64,000 nucleotides of DNA from an uncultured Actinomycetota bacterium (lineage in GTDB: Bacteria > Actinomycetota > UBA4738 > HRBIN12), in the NCBI GenBank assembly GCA_963839395.1, contig CAWIUW010000004.1, positions 37,545 to 101,544 of the forward strand, given 5' to 3'. Position numbers and translations under genes: made by a program. Each line of letters opens with the position of its first letter. Within the stretch, counting starts at the first letter, position 1. The notes under the pieces were generated by a model. That model was not told the origin of the DNA, did no database searches, and worked only from the letters and a program-made list of their open reading frames with translations. Shown piece by piece: positions 9,936 to 18,959 of this stretch.

Positions 9936-10604
9936 GTGGTTGAGGACGAGGAGTCGCTCGCGGACACCGTTCGCTACAACCTGGAACGGGAGGGGTACGC
10001 GGTCGCGGTGGCAACCGACGGTCGTCGCGCGCTCGACCGGTTCCGCTCGGAGGATCCGGCCCTCGTGATCCTGGATCTGATGCTTCCCGAGATGTCGGGG
10101 CTCGACGTCTGCCGTCAGATCCGCCAGATCTCCAACGTCCCCATCATCATGGTGACCGCGAAGGACTCGGAGGCCGACAAGGTCTCGGGGCTCGAGCTCG
10201 GCGCGGATGACTACGTCACGAAGCCGTTCTCCGTCCGGGAGCTCGTCTCTCGTGTGCGGGCGCACCTGCGCCGGGCGGGGATGCGCGCCGCCCAACCGGA
10301 GGAGGACGTGCTCAACGGAGGTCCCGTCTCACTCGACGTCGCGAAGCACGAGGTCTTCGTTCGGGGTGAAGCGGTGGGGTTCCCTCCCAAGGAATTCGAG
10401 CTGCTCGAGACGTTCCTGCGCCGGCCGGGCCGGCTGCTCACGCGTGACTTCCTCATCGAGGAGGTCTGGGGCGCAGGGTACTTCGGTGATACGAAAACGC
10501 TCGACGTCCACGTCAAGCGGATCCGCAAGAAGGTGGAGCAAGATCCCCATCAGCCGGAGCACCTCCTCACCGTCAGGGGTCTCGGGTACAAGTTCGTCGG
10601 CTGA
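9936..10604 (+). CDS. OmpR-family response regulator, RegX3/PhoP-like
   Basis: REC domain (VEDEESLADT...LDLMLPEMSG) plus winged-helix domain (LLTVRGLGYKFVG). There is no in-frame ATG. The earliest possible starts after the stop at 9897-9899 are CTG 9903 and GTG 9936. Confidence 0.8.
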   Translation: MVEDEESLADTVRYNLEREGYAVAVATDGRRALDRFRSEDPALVILDLMLPEMSGLDVCRQIRQISNVPIIMVTAKDSEADKVSGLELGADDYVTKPFSVRELVSRVRAHLRRAGMRAAQPEEDVLNGGPVSLDVAKHEVFVRGEAVGFPPKEFELLETFLRRPGRLLTRDFLIEEVWGAGYFGDTKTLDVHVKRIRKKVEQDPHQPEHLLTVRGLGYKFVG

Positions 10605-10697
10605 GCGGCCGTGCACTGGATGCCTTCCTCCGCAGTCTCGAGCCCCTATCGGCCGACTGGCGATCCGACACGGCGAGCAGCTAGCATCGACGCTCCG

Positions 10698-12746
10698 ATG
10701 GCGGATCCCTTCCCCCGCACCGAGCGTTTCCTCAACCGCGAGCTCTCCTGGCTGGAGTTCAACGCTCGCGTCCTCGCGCTCGCCGAGGACGACTCGAATC
10801 GGCTCCTCGAGCGGGTGAAGTTCCTCGCGATCTTCGGCTCCAACCTGGACGAGTTCTTCCAGGTGCGTGTCGCGGGCCTGCAGGAGCAGCGGGAAGCGGG
10901 CCTGGGCCCTGCGTCGCCCGAGGGATCGACACCCGAGGAGCAGCTCGCCGGCATCATGGAACACGTGGCCGAGCTCGGCCGCCGAACGGACGTGTTGTGG
11001 GTCGATGACCTCCAGCCGGCGCTCGAGAAGGAAGGGGTGAGGCTCGTCGATTGGGCCGAGCTCGACGTCCACGACCGTACGCACCTGGGAGAGCTGTTCC
11101 GGGAGCGGATCTTCCCCGTGCTGACCCCGCTCTCGGTCGACCCGGCGCACCCGTTCCCCTACATCTCGTCCCTGTCGCTCAACCTCGCCGCTCTCGTTCG
11201 CGACCCCTCGAGCGGAGAGCGGCGCTTCGCACGAGTGAAGGTGCCGCCTCTGCTCCCGCGGTTCATCGAGATGCCCGACGGCGAGCGGTTCGTCCCGATC
11301 GAGCAGGTGATCGCATCGCACCTCGAGGTCCTGTTCCCGGGCATGGAGATCGTCGGTCATTCGGCGTTCCGCCTGACCCGAGACGCGGATTTCGATCTGG
11401 AGGAGGAGGAGGGCGGGGATCTCCTCGAGGCGATCGAGTCCGTCCTGCGGCGCCGACTTCGAGGCGCCACCCCGGTTCGGCTCGAGCTCGACGCGTCCTC
11501 CAGCGACGAGGTACGGACGCTGTTGACGCGAGAGCTCGCGCTCCTGCCCGACGAGGTGTTCGTCGTGGAGGGGCTCCTCGATCCCTCCGCGCTGTGGTCC
11601 CTCTACGAGCTCGAGCGTCCGGAGCTCAAGGACGACCCGTGGACCCCCGTGACCCAGCCTCGGCTGGAAGGGGTGGAGGACTTCTTCGAGGTCATCTCGA
11701 ACGGTGATCTCCTCGTCCACCACCCCTACGATTCCTTCGAGACCTCGGTCGAGGCGTTCATCGAGCAAGCGGCGCAGGACCCAACCGTCCTCGCGATCAA
11801 GCTCGCCATCTACCGAACATCCGTGGAGAGCCCGATCGTGCGTGCCCTGGTGCGCGCCGCCGAAGCGGGCAAGCAGGTCGTCGCGCTCGTCGAGCTCCAA
11901 GCGCGCTTCGACGAGCGCGCCAACATCACGCAGGCTCGCACGCTGGAACAGGCGGGCGTCCACGTGGTCTACGGCATCGTGGGGCTGAAGACGCACGCCA
12001 AAGTGTGCCTGGTGGTTCGCCGCGAGGCGTCCGGTATCCGTCGCTACGCGCACGTCGGCACCGGCAACTACAACCCGAGCACCGCCCGCCTGTACGAGGA
12101 CGTCGGTCTGCTGACCGCGGATCCGGAACTCGGTGCCGATCTCAGCGATCTGTTCAACCTGCTCACCGGCTACGGCCGGCAGCAGACGTATCGCCGCCTG
12201 CTGGTCGCACCCACGGATCTCAAACAGAGGTTGATCGGATTGATCCGCGCGGAGGCGGCGGCTGGGGACGGATCCATCGTGCTGAAGATGAACAGCCTGG
12301 GGGATGCGGAGACCATCGACGCGCTCTACGAAGCCTCGCGCTCGGGAGTGGGTGTGGATCTGATCGTCCGAGGGATCTGCTGCCTCCGGCCGGGGGTCCC
12401 CGGTCTCTCCGATACCATCCGGGTCCGGTCGATCGTCGGCCGCTACCTGGAGCATTCGAGGATCTTCCGGTTCGGCAGCCTCGAGCGTGGCTACCAGCAC
12501 TTCATCGGCTCCGCGGATCTGATGCCTCGGAACCTCGAGCGACGCGTCGAAGTGACCGTTCCGGTGCTCGATCCCGCGCTGTGCGCGCGTCTCGACGAGA
12601 TCCTCCGAACGGCACTGGAGGACGATGTGCTCGCGTGGGATCTCGGATCCGACGGCGTGTGGAAGAAGGTGGAGACGGAGCGTGGTCTGAGCGCCCAAGA
12701 GCGGCTCATGCAGATCGCCGTCGAGCGAGGGGAGAGCCGTCGATGA
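10698..12746 (+). CDS. ppk: Polyphosphate kinase 1
   Basis: N-terminal RFLNRELSWLEFNARVL; PLD-like motifs HAKVCLV and GTGNYN. 683 aa. Stop overlaps the CHAD start (ATGA). Confidence 0.9.
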   Translation: MADPFPRTERFLNRELSWLEFNARVLALAEDDSNRLLERVKFLAIFGSNLDEFFQVRVAGLQEQREAGLGPASPEGSTPEEQLAGIMEHVAELGRRTDVLWVDDLQPALEKEGVRLVDWAELDVHDRTHLGELFRERIFPVLTPLSVDPAHPFPYISSLSLNLAALVRDPSSGERRFARVKVPPLLPRFIEMPDGERFVPIEQVIASHLEVLFPGMEIVGHSAFRLTRDADFDLEEEEGGDLLEAIESVLRRRLRGATPVRLELDASSSDEVRTLLTRELALLPDEVFVVEGLLDPSALWSLYELERPELKDDPWTPVTQPRLEGVEDFFEVISNGDLLVHHPYDSFETSVEAFIEQAAQDPTVLAIKLAIYRTSVESPIVRALVRAAEAGKQVVALVELQARFDERANITQARTLEQAGVHVVYGIVGLKTHAKVCLVVRREASGIRRYAHVGTGNYNPSTARLYEDVGLLTADPELGADLSDLFNLLTGYGRQQTYRRLLVAPTDLKQRLIGLIRAEAAAGDGSIVLKMNSLGDAETIDALYEASRSGVGVDLIVRGICCLRPGVPGLSDTIRVRSIVGRYLEHSRIFRFGSLERGYQHFIGSADLMPRNLERRVEVTVPVLDPALCARLDEILRTALEDDVLAWDLGSDGVWKKVETERGLSAQERLMQIAVERGESRR

Positions 12747-13684
12747 CGGATCGCGACGCGATGGCGTTGGCGCTCGCCGAGCAGGTGGAGCTGGAGCTGG
12801 ATCAGCTCACCCGGCTCGCCGAGGGGGCGACCGCGCTCGACGTCATCAGATCCGCGATCGCCGTTTCCACCGTGAGGCTCACGTCGAGCGACCCGGTCGT
12901 CAGGGCCGGCGAAGATCCAGAGGGTGTCCACAAGGCGCGGGTCGCAGCCCGGCGGCTGCGCTCGGATCTCCGGACCTTCCGGCCGTACCTCGACCGAGAC
13001 TGGGCCGATGCGCTGCGAGACGAGATCGGATGGCTCGGCCGACTCCTCGGACCGGTTCGCGACGCGGAGGTACTCGCTGCCAGACTCAGGCGCCGGGTCG
13101 CGGCGATGGTCGGGCTCGGCCCGCCCTCCGCGAAGATCCTCCTCGACGGTCTCGAGAGCGATCGCCTCGCCGGTCGACGCCTACTCCTCGAGGGCATGCG
13201 CTCCCGAAGGTACCAAGAGCTCGTCGTGAGGCTCGTGCGGGCCGCACGGGAACCGGCGTCGAGGGGTGAGGGGATCGATCGGCCGGCGGTGAGCACCGGC
13301 TCACTGATGAAGCGCCCCTGGGCGAAGCTCTCCGGGGATGCGACGGCGCTCGGTCCCGGCTCGAGCGACGGTGCACTCCACGCCACCCGGATCGAGACGA
13401 AGCGGGTGCGCTACGGGGCCGAGGCCCTGATCCCCGTGTTCGGCAAGCGGGCGGCTCGCTTCGCCTCCGCAGCGGAAACGCTGCAGGAGACCCTCGGCGA
13501 ACACCAAGATGCCGTCGTCGCGATGGCCTGGCTCACGGAGCGGGCGATGGAGGCCGACGATCGGGCGGTGGCGTTCACCGCGGGACGCCTCGCGGAGCTC
13601 GAGACCGTCTCACGCGATCGAGCGCGAGAGGCCTGGCCGAAGGCGTGGAAGCGCCTCGAACGACGGAAGCGCTTCTGGACGTGA
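12743..13684 (+). CDS. CHAD-domain protein (polyphosphate-granule-associated helical domain)
   Basis: Basic-rich helical domain with HKARVAARRLRSDLRTF...HATRIETKRVRY. Translationally coupled between ppk1 and the MutT1-like gene. Confidence 0.65.
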   Translation: MTDRDAMALALAEQVELELDQLTRLAEGATALDVIRSAIAVSTVRLTSSDPVVRAGEDPEGVHKARVAARRLRSDLRTFRPYLDRDWADALRDEIGWLGRLLGPVRDAEVLAARLRRRVAAMVGLGPPSAKILLDGLESDRLAGRRLLLEGMRSRRYQELVVRLVRAAREPASRGEGIDRPAVSTGSLMKRPWAKLSGDATALGPGSSDGALHATRIETKRVRYGAEALIPVFGKRAARFASAAETLQETLGEHQDAVVAMAWLTERAMEADDRAVAFTAGRLAELETVSRDRAREAWPKAWKRLERRKRFWT

Positions 13685-14592
13685 CGAGCGAGATCCGCGC
13701 GGCGGGGGCGGTGGTGCTTCGGCGTGAGGACGGACGAGTGCTGACGGTGCTCGTGCACCGGCCTCGATACGACGACTGGTCGCTCCCGAAAGGGAAGCTG
13801 CACGATGGCGAATCCTTCGAGGAGGCAGCCGTGCGCGAGGTCTCGGAGGAGACGGGACTCGAGGGCCGGTTGCGCGCCGAGCTGCCGCCGTCTCGCTACG
13901 TCGATCAGGAAGGGAGGCCCAAGGTCGTCCGCTACTGGACCATGGAGGTGCTCGACGGGCGCGACCTCCATCCGACCATGGAAGTGGATGACGCGAAGTG
14001 GTTCACCCTCGCCGAGGCTCGTGGCATCCTCAGCTACGACCGGGACCGAGAGGTCCTCGACGCCGCCGCGGGGCTTGACGTTCCCGCCTATCTCCTCCGT
14101 CACGCGAAGGCAGGTGATCGTGAGGCGTGGCCCGGAGACGATGATTCACGACCGCTCTCGAACACGGGTCGTCGGCAAGCCAAAGGTCTCGTCCGAGCAC
14201 TGGCGGACGTGGTCATCGAGCGGATCCTGAGCAGTCCGGCCGTCCGCTGCGTGGAGTCGGTGAGACCACTGTCCGAGCAGCGCGGGCTCCCGATCGAGCC
14301 ACGAGACGAGCTCCTCGAGGGTGCGCCGCTCTCCGGCCTGCTCGCGTTGCTCGACGAGCTCCGATCCCCGACGGTCTTCTGCGGACACGGAGACCTGATC
14401 CCGGCAGCCATCGAGCACTTCGAGGCACGAGGAGCAGTCGTCGGGCCGGATCGGGGCTGGAAGAAGGGCTCCGTCTGGGTGTTGGAACGGGAATCCGGGC
14501 TCGTCGTGCGTGCGACCTACGTCCCGCCTCCCGAGGGTGGACGCGAAGAAGCCACCGCGTCGCAACCGTCTGGTGAGCGCCGCGACCCCTGA
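13681..14592 (+). CDS. NUDIX hydrolase fused to a histidine-phosphatase (SixA-like) domain, MutT1-like
   Basis: Nudix box GKLHDGESFEEAAVREVSEETGL. C-terminal RHAKAG...CGHGDL histidine-phosphatase motifs. Same ppk1-adjacent synteny as mycobacterial mutT1. Confidence 0.75.
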   Translation: MTSEIRAAGAVVLRREDGRVLTVLVHRPRYDDWSLPKGKLHDGESFEEAAVREVSEETGLEGRLRAELPPSRYVDQEGRPKVVRYWTMEVLDGRDLHPTMEVDDAKWFTLAEARGILSYDRDREVLDAAAGLDVPAYLLRHAKAGDREAWPGDDDSRPLSNTGRRQAKGLVRALADVVIERILSSPAVRCVESVRPLSEQRGLPIEPRDELLEGAPLSGLLALLDELRSPTVFCGHGDLIPAAIEHFEARGAVVGPDRGWKKGSVWVLERESGLVVRATYVPPPEGGREEATASQPSGERRDP

Positions 14593-14668
14593 GCCTTGAC
14601 CCGGGCCGTTGCGACAGCCGTCACGCTCGTGATATCCACCTCCGGCCGAACACGAAGGGGTCACAAGG

Positions 14669-15295
14669 ATGCCGAAGCTCCGGTTCAGGCTCGTCCCCCG
14701 GGACGAGAGCTTCTACGAGATGTTCGTCAATCTGGCGGTGAAGGTCGAGGAGGGGGCAGCCGCGTACCAGGACCTCGTCGTGGACTATCAGGACGTGACG
14801 CGGAAGGCCGATCGATTGAAGGACCTGGAACACGAGGGCGATGAGGTTACCCACGAGATCATGAAGCGGCTGAATACGGTCTTCGTGACGCCACTCGACC
14901 ACGAGGACATCCACCGCCTCGCCTCCGGCCTGGATGACGTGCTCGACCACATCGAGGCTGCCGCGGATCTGTTCGTGCTCCACAAGATCGAGCAGCCGCT
15001 GCCAGAGATGAAGGCGCAAGCCGACATCCTCGTGCAGACTTGCAGGGTCACTCGAGAGGCGCTCGAGATGCTCCCGAAGTTCAAGGAGCTCGAACGGTTC
15101 TGGGTCGAGGTCGATCGACTCGAGAAAGAAGGGGATCGGGTCTACCGGCGGGCCATCGCCGGACTCTTCGGCGGTGAGTACAAAGCGATGGACGTCCTGA
15201 AGTGGCGAGATGTCATCGACGAAACGGAAGGAGCCATCGACCAACTCGAGGACGTTTCGAACATGCTCGAGGCGATCGCCTTGAAGAACGCCTGA
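14669..15295 (+). CDS. DUF47 (PhoU-like) Pit accessory protein
   Basis: TIGR00153-like helical protein. RBS GAAGGGG. Stop overlaps the pit start (ATGA). Confidence 0.75.
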   Translation: MPKLRFRLVPRDESFYEMFVNLAVKVEEGAAAYQDLVVDYQDVTRKADRLKDLEHEGDEVTHEIMKRLNTVFVTPLDHEDIHRLASGLDDVLDHIEAAADLFVLHKIEQPLPEMKAQADILVQTCRVTREALEMLPKFKELERFWVEVDRLEKEGDRVYRRAIAGLFGGEYKAMDVLKWRDVIDETEGAIDQLEDVSNMLEAIALKNA

Positions 15296-16284
15296 TGGTC
15301 TGGTTCGTCCTCTTCCTCGCATATCTGTTCGAGTTCGCCAACGGGTGGACCGATGCGCCGAACTCGATCGCGACCGTCGTGTCCACGAGGGTGATGCGGC
15401 CGCACCACGCGGTGCTGATGGCCGGCGTGTTGAACCTCGTGGGCGCGCTCACCGGAACCGCGGTCGCAAAGACGATCGCCGAGGGCATCGTGGATCCCGA
15501 TTACGTCGGTCTCGAAACGGTCGCATCTGCCCTCTTGGCCGCCACGATCTGGGCGCTGGCCGCGCAGTACTTCGGGTTGCCCTCGAGCGAGTCGCACGCC
15601 CTCGTCGCCGGACTGCTCGGCGCCGGGTTCGCCGCGGGTGGACTGGAGGCGCTCGAGAGCGAGGGGACGCGTGCATCACTCATCGGGCTTATCACCTCCC
15701 CGCTCGGTGGGTTCCTGCTCGGATTCGGCCTGATGGTGTTGATCTACCGGGTCTTCGCGCGCGTTGGAAGGGCCACGGTGCGGAGGGTCTTCGGCAAGGG
15801 GCAGGTCCTTTCCGCGGCGTTCATGGCCTTCAGTCACGGGACGAACGACGCACAGAAGACGATGGGGATCATCGCCCTCACCATCGCGCTCAACGAGGCC
15901 GGGACCGCGGGCAACGTCGGCGAGCTCACGATCGATCCCTGGATCATCGTCTCCGCCGGGCTCGTGATGGGCCTCGGCACCATGATCGGGGGCTGGCGGG
16001 TCGTCCGCACGTTGGGGATGCGGATGACCCACCTCGAACCCGTCCAGGGGTTCGCGGCAGAAACGGGTGCCGCGACGGTGATCACGGTCGCGGCTCGGCT
16101 CGGCATCCCGGTCTCGACGACCCACGCGATCGGTTCCGCGATCATGGGCGTCGGCGCGACCAAGCGCTTCTCCGCCGTCCGTTGGGGTGTGGCGGGACAG
16201 GTCGTCGCCGCCTGGGTCCTCACCTGGCCTACATGCGCCGTGCTCGGGTTCTTCCTGCAGAAAGTCTTCGCGTTCGTCATGTGA
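15295..16284 (+). CDS. pit: Inorganic phosphate transporter, PiT family
   Basis: PHO4 signature GWTDAPNSIATVVSTRV...FSHGTNDAQKTMGII. Multi-pass membrane protein. Confidence 0.85.
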   Translation: MVWFVLFLAYLFEFANGWTDAPNSIATVVSTRVMRPHHAVLMAGVLNLVGALTGTAVAKTIAEGIVDPDYVGLETVASALLAATIWALAAQYFGLPSSESHALVAGLLGAGFAAGGLEALESEGTRASLIGLITSPLGGFLLGFGLMVLIYRVFARVGRATVRRVFGKGQVLSAAFMAFSHGTNDAQKTMGIIALTIALNEAGTAGNVGELTIDPWIIVSAGLVMGLGTMIGGWRVVRTLGMRMTHLEPVQGFAAETGAATVITVAARLGIPVSTTHAIGSAIMGVGATKRFSAVRWGVAGQVVAAWVLTWPTCAVLGFFLQKVFAFVM

Positions 16285-16297
16285 TCGAGAGCTGAGA

Positions 16298-16717
16298 TCA
16301 CGTCGAGGCGGGTGGCCTCGACCGGCTCATCCGGTGGATCTCCTTCGTGAGATCGAGGATCTGAATGGACACCGCGAGGAGCTCCTCGTTCTGCTTCTCC
16401 TCGGCCTGCACGAGCTGCCACTGGTGCTCGGCAAGCTGCTCGCGCTTCAGATCGGCGCGGTTCTGGCTGATCATCACGAAGGTCGACAGGAAGATGGCCT
16501 CCAGGGACACGATCATCGTCAGAAGTCCGAACGGGTAGGACTCCACGCGGAAGCCGATCCATGCGGCGAACCAGACGATGTGCAGATACACGAACGGCAT
16601 CGAGCCGGCGAACTCGGTGATCGCATCGGCGATCCTGTTCTGCAGGCTCCGACTTCGCTCCTCCGCAGACTCCGTCAGGATCGGATTCGTCCACGTGGTC
16701 TTGCGTCGCCGCGCCAT
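16298..16717 (-). CDS. DUF1003 domain membrane protein
   Basis: MARRRKTTW...PFVYLHIVWFAAWIGF...ISQNRADLKREQLAEHQWQLVQ. ATG at 16715-16717 (minus). Confidence 0.6.
   Translation of the reverse strand: MARRRKTTWTNPILTESAEERSRSLQNRIADAITEFAGSMPFVYLHIVWFAAWIGFRVESYPFGLLTMIVSLEAIFLSTFVMISQNRADLKREQLAEHQWQLVQAEEKQNEELLAVSIQILDLTKEIHRMSRSRPPAST
16302..16322. terminator. Putative stem-loop (GTCGAGGC-GGGTG-GCCTCGAC) between convergent pit and DUF1003
   Basis: Perfect 8-bp GC-rich stem with a 5-nt loop and no U-tract. It overlaps the last codons of the DUF1003 gene. Confidence 0.25.
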
Positions 16718-16860
16718 CTGCTCCCCTCTCCCCTCCGGGCCTCTCGTCGCTGGTCGCGCGCTCAAGGCTAGCCCCGCGACGTCGCCGAACGGGGGAACGT
16801 CGCCTCGGTTCGAGGCCGCGCCGGTTACGCTCCCGGCGATGGAAGCACGCGTGATCCGCG

Positions 16861-17817
16861 ATGGGGTCATCCAGACCGACCCGGTTCCCACTGAGCGATC
16901 TCCGGCGCACGGTGGCGGGTCTCGACGGGGCGTCCTGGGTCTGGATCGACTCCGTCGATCCGGAGCAGGAGGAGGTTGGGGAGATCCAGCGGCAGCTGGA
17001 TCTCCACGACCTCGCCGTCGAAGACGTCGGCCAACGGGATCAGCGACCCAAGCTGGACCTCTACCCCGGACATGTCTTCGTGGTGTTCCGCCCCCTTACC
17101 CTCGGAGCGGACGGTGTCGCCGGGTCCGAGCTCTTCGCGTTCGCCTCGCCGCGCTTCCTGGTGACGCTTCGGTTCAGTCCCGCCTTCGACCTCGGGAAGG
17201 CGAAGAAGCGATGGCCGATCGTGTGTTCGCTCGCCCCCGGCACGGGGGCTGCGCTGTACGCGATCGCGGACGAGATCGTGGACGAGTACCTCGAGGTGAT
17301 CGAGGAGCTGGAGGACCGTGCGGACGAGCTCGAGAGCGTGGTCTTCCGGGCCGACCCGGAAGAGCCGTCGGCGGGACCCTCGCTGCAGATCGAGATCCTC
17401 CGTCTCCGCCGAGACGCGGTCCAGCTCCGTCGGCATGCGGTTCCGACGCGTCAGCTGATCGACCGGCTGTCCGACGACTCCGATCTCGTGACGGCGCCAC
17501 TCATCCCGTATCTCCGGGACATCACGGACCATCTGCTTCGCACGATCGAGCTCACCGACGGCGTACGCGAGATCCTCACCACGATCGTGGACATCCGGAT
17601 GGCGCAGTCGGCTCATCAGCTGAACGAGGTGATGAAGAAGCTCACGGCCTGGGCCGCGATCATCCTCGTCCCGACCTTGATCGCCGGCATCTACGGGATG
17701 AACTTCCGGCACATGCCCGAGGTGAGCTGGGTACTCGGATACCCCCTCGCCCTCGGGCTGATGGTCGTGTCCTCGATCTGGCTGTACGTCGGCTTCCGGA
17801 AGCGAGGCTGGCTCTAG
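16861..17817 (+). CDS. corA: Magnesium/cobalt transporter CorA
   Basis: GMN motif (YGMNF) followed by two C-terminal TM helices. 318 aa. Confidence 0.85.
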   Translation: MGSSRPTRFPLSDLRRTVAGLDGASWVWIDSVDPEQEEVGEIQRQLDLHDLAVEDVGQRDQRPKLDLYPGHVFVVFRPLTLGADGVAGSELFAFASPRFLVTLRFSPAFDLGKAKKRWPIVCSLAPGTGAALYAIADEIVDEYLEVIEELEDRADELESVVFRADPEEPSAGPSLQIEILRLRRDAVQLRRHAVPTRQLIDRLSDDSDLVTAPLIPYLRDITDHLLRTIELTDGVREILTTIVDIRMAQSAHQLNEVMKKLTAWAAIILVPTLIAGIYGMNFRHMPEVSWVLGYPLALGLMVVSSIWLYVGFRKRGWL

Positions 17818-17819
17818 CG

Positions 17820-18188
17820 GTGTGCCGGGCCGTCAAGGTGCTCTGTGTCGCGACGGACGACGAGGCGCTCCAGGCGCTTCGGCATGCCACGACGGCAGCC
17901 GAGTGGGAGCTCACGCCCGGCGCGACCGACGAGACGGGTGCACTCGGGGTGATCGACGCCGAGCGACCGCATGCCGTCGTGGCGTTCGGGGACTACGAGC
18001 GACTGGTGTCGCTCGTCCGCGAACGGTTCCCCGCGATGCGGATCGTGACGGATCGGGACGCGCCCGGGACGAACGCCGTGGCTCCCTCACGCGATGACGT
18101 TCGGGAGCTCCTGCGTTCGCTCGGCCGCCCGGGCGGTCCGATCGTGGATGGCTCCGGCGCTCAGCCTCCCCAGGGTTCCCAGCTGTAG
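17820..18188 (+). CDS. Hypothetical small protein with a CheY/REC-like pattern
   Basis: Has the DD pair (VATDD), a candidate acceptor Asp (VVAFGDY) and Thr (RIVTD), but no clear conserved Lys. GTG start. Its 3' end overlaps the convergent lytic transglycosylase (SLT) gene by 28 nt. Confidence 0.3.
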   Translation: MCRAVKVLCVATDDEALQALRHATTAAEWELTPGATDETGALGVIDAERPHAVVAFGDYERLVSLVRERFPAMRIVTDRDAPGTNAVAPSRDDVRELLRSLGRPGGPIVDGSGAQPPQGSQL

Positions 18189-18610
18189 CGCTTCACCATC
18201 CGCATCGTCACGAAGATGTTGGCTCGAGCGTTGAACGCGGACCAGTCTCGGAAGCCGAAGTCCTCCGCTCGGGTCGGCCAGTACTTCAGGAGATGCTGAT
18301 AGATCCCGGCGGCGTTTCCGCCGGCGTTGTAGGCGCTCGGCCGGTAGCGGGACTCACGCCATGCGATATAGAGAGCCTTGCGTTCACTCACGCCGTGATA
18401 CGAAGCGGCGCAGCGGATGAGCTGTTTGACATGCCACGCGCTCTGTCGCCAGTCGATGGGACAGATCCTCGACGAGACGGCTCGGGTGGCGTCTCGTTGG
18501 ACCATCGCCTCGGATGTCGTGGCGGGGAAGCTCATGATGACGGCGGTCAGGATCGATGCCGCGATGATGGCGCGGCTTTTCCGGATCATCGTTGTCATGG
18601 GCTGGATCAC
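18161..18610 (-). CDS. Secreted lytic transglycosylase (SLT domain) protein
   Basis: Signal peptide, then catalytic ES...AGIYQ (WRESRYRPSAYNAGGNAAGIYQHL). Confidence 0.6.
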   Translation of the reverse strand: MIQPMTTMIRKSRAIIAASILTAVIMSFPATTSEAMVQRDATRAVSSRICPIDWRQSAWHVKQLIRCAASYHGVSERKALYIAWRESRYRPSAYNAGGNAAGIYQHLLKYWPTRAEDFGFRDWSAFNARANIFVTMRMVKRYSWEPWGG

Positions 18611-18959
18611 CCACGCGGCGGACGCGGCTGGTTGCCTCGTCCCGTCTCGAGCCCGACGGATCCACTCCGCCTGCCCTGCTCACCGCGCTAGGTCGTGGGT
18701 GTACGCATCACCTCCTGGTCTCGTCCTCTCCTGTGTGACCTTCCGTCGACGTCGATCCGAGCTCCCCTTCTCCCACGCGTGAACGCACGCCAAACCACAC
18801 CCTGGGAAGGTGGGAAGCGCGCGTCGTGCGCAGGAGGACCGGGCCACTCGGTCCGAAGCCGACAGCGACCACCCTAGCCCGACCGACCGACATACGGCAA
18901 CCGAGCGCTCACGGGGCTCGGAAAACCGGCCAGAGGCGCGGCGTAGGTACGATGGGGGC

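Noticed and set aside
10329-12698. 789-aa ORF on the minus strand
   Set aside because: Exactly antisense to ppk1, Arg/Asp/Gly-rich and low complexity. Typical high-GC antisense artefact.
16578-18188. 536-aa plus-strand ORF spanning corA in another frame
   Set aside because: Only the last ~122 codons (17820-18188) are outside corA. The rest overlaps corA out of frame and is low complexity.
18611-18959. Possible ydaO/c-di-AMP riboswitch upstream of the secreted SLT transglycosylase
   Set aside because: Expected by analogy with actinobacterial cell-wall hydrolase genes. I could not recognise the conserved ydaO helices by eye; needs Infernal.
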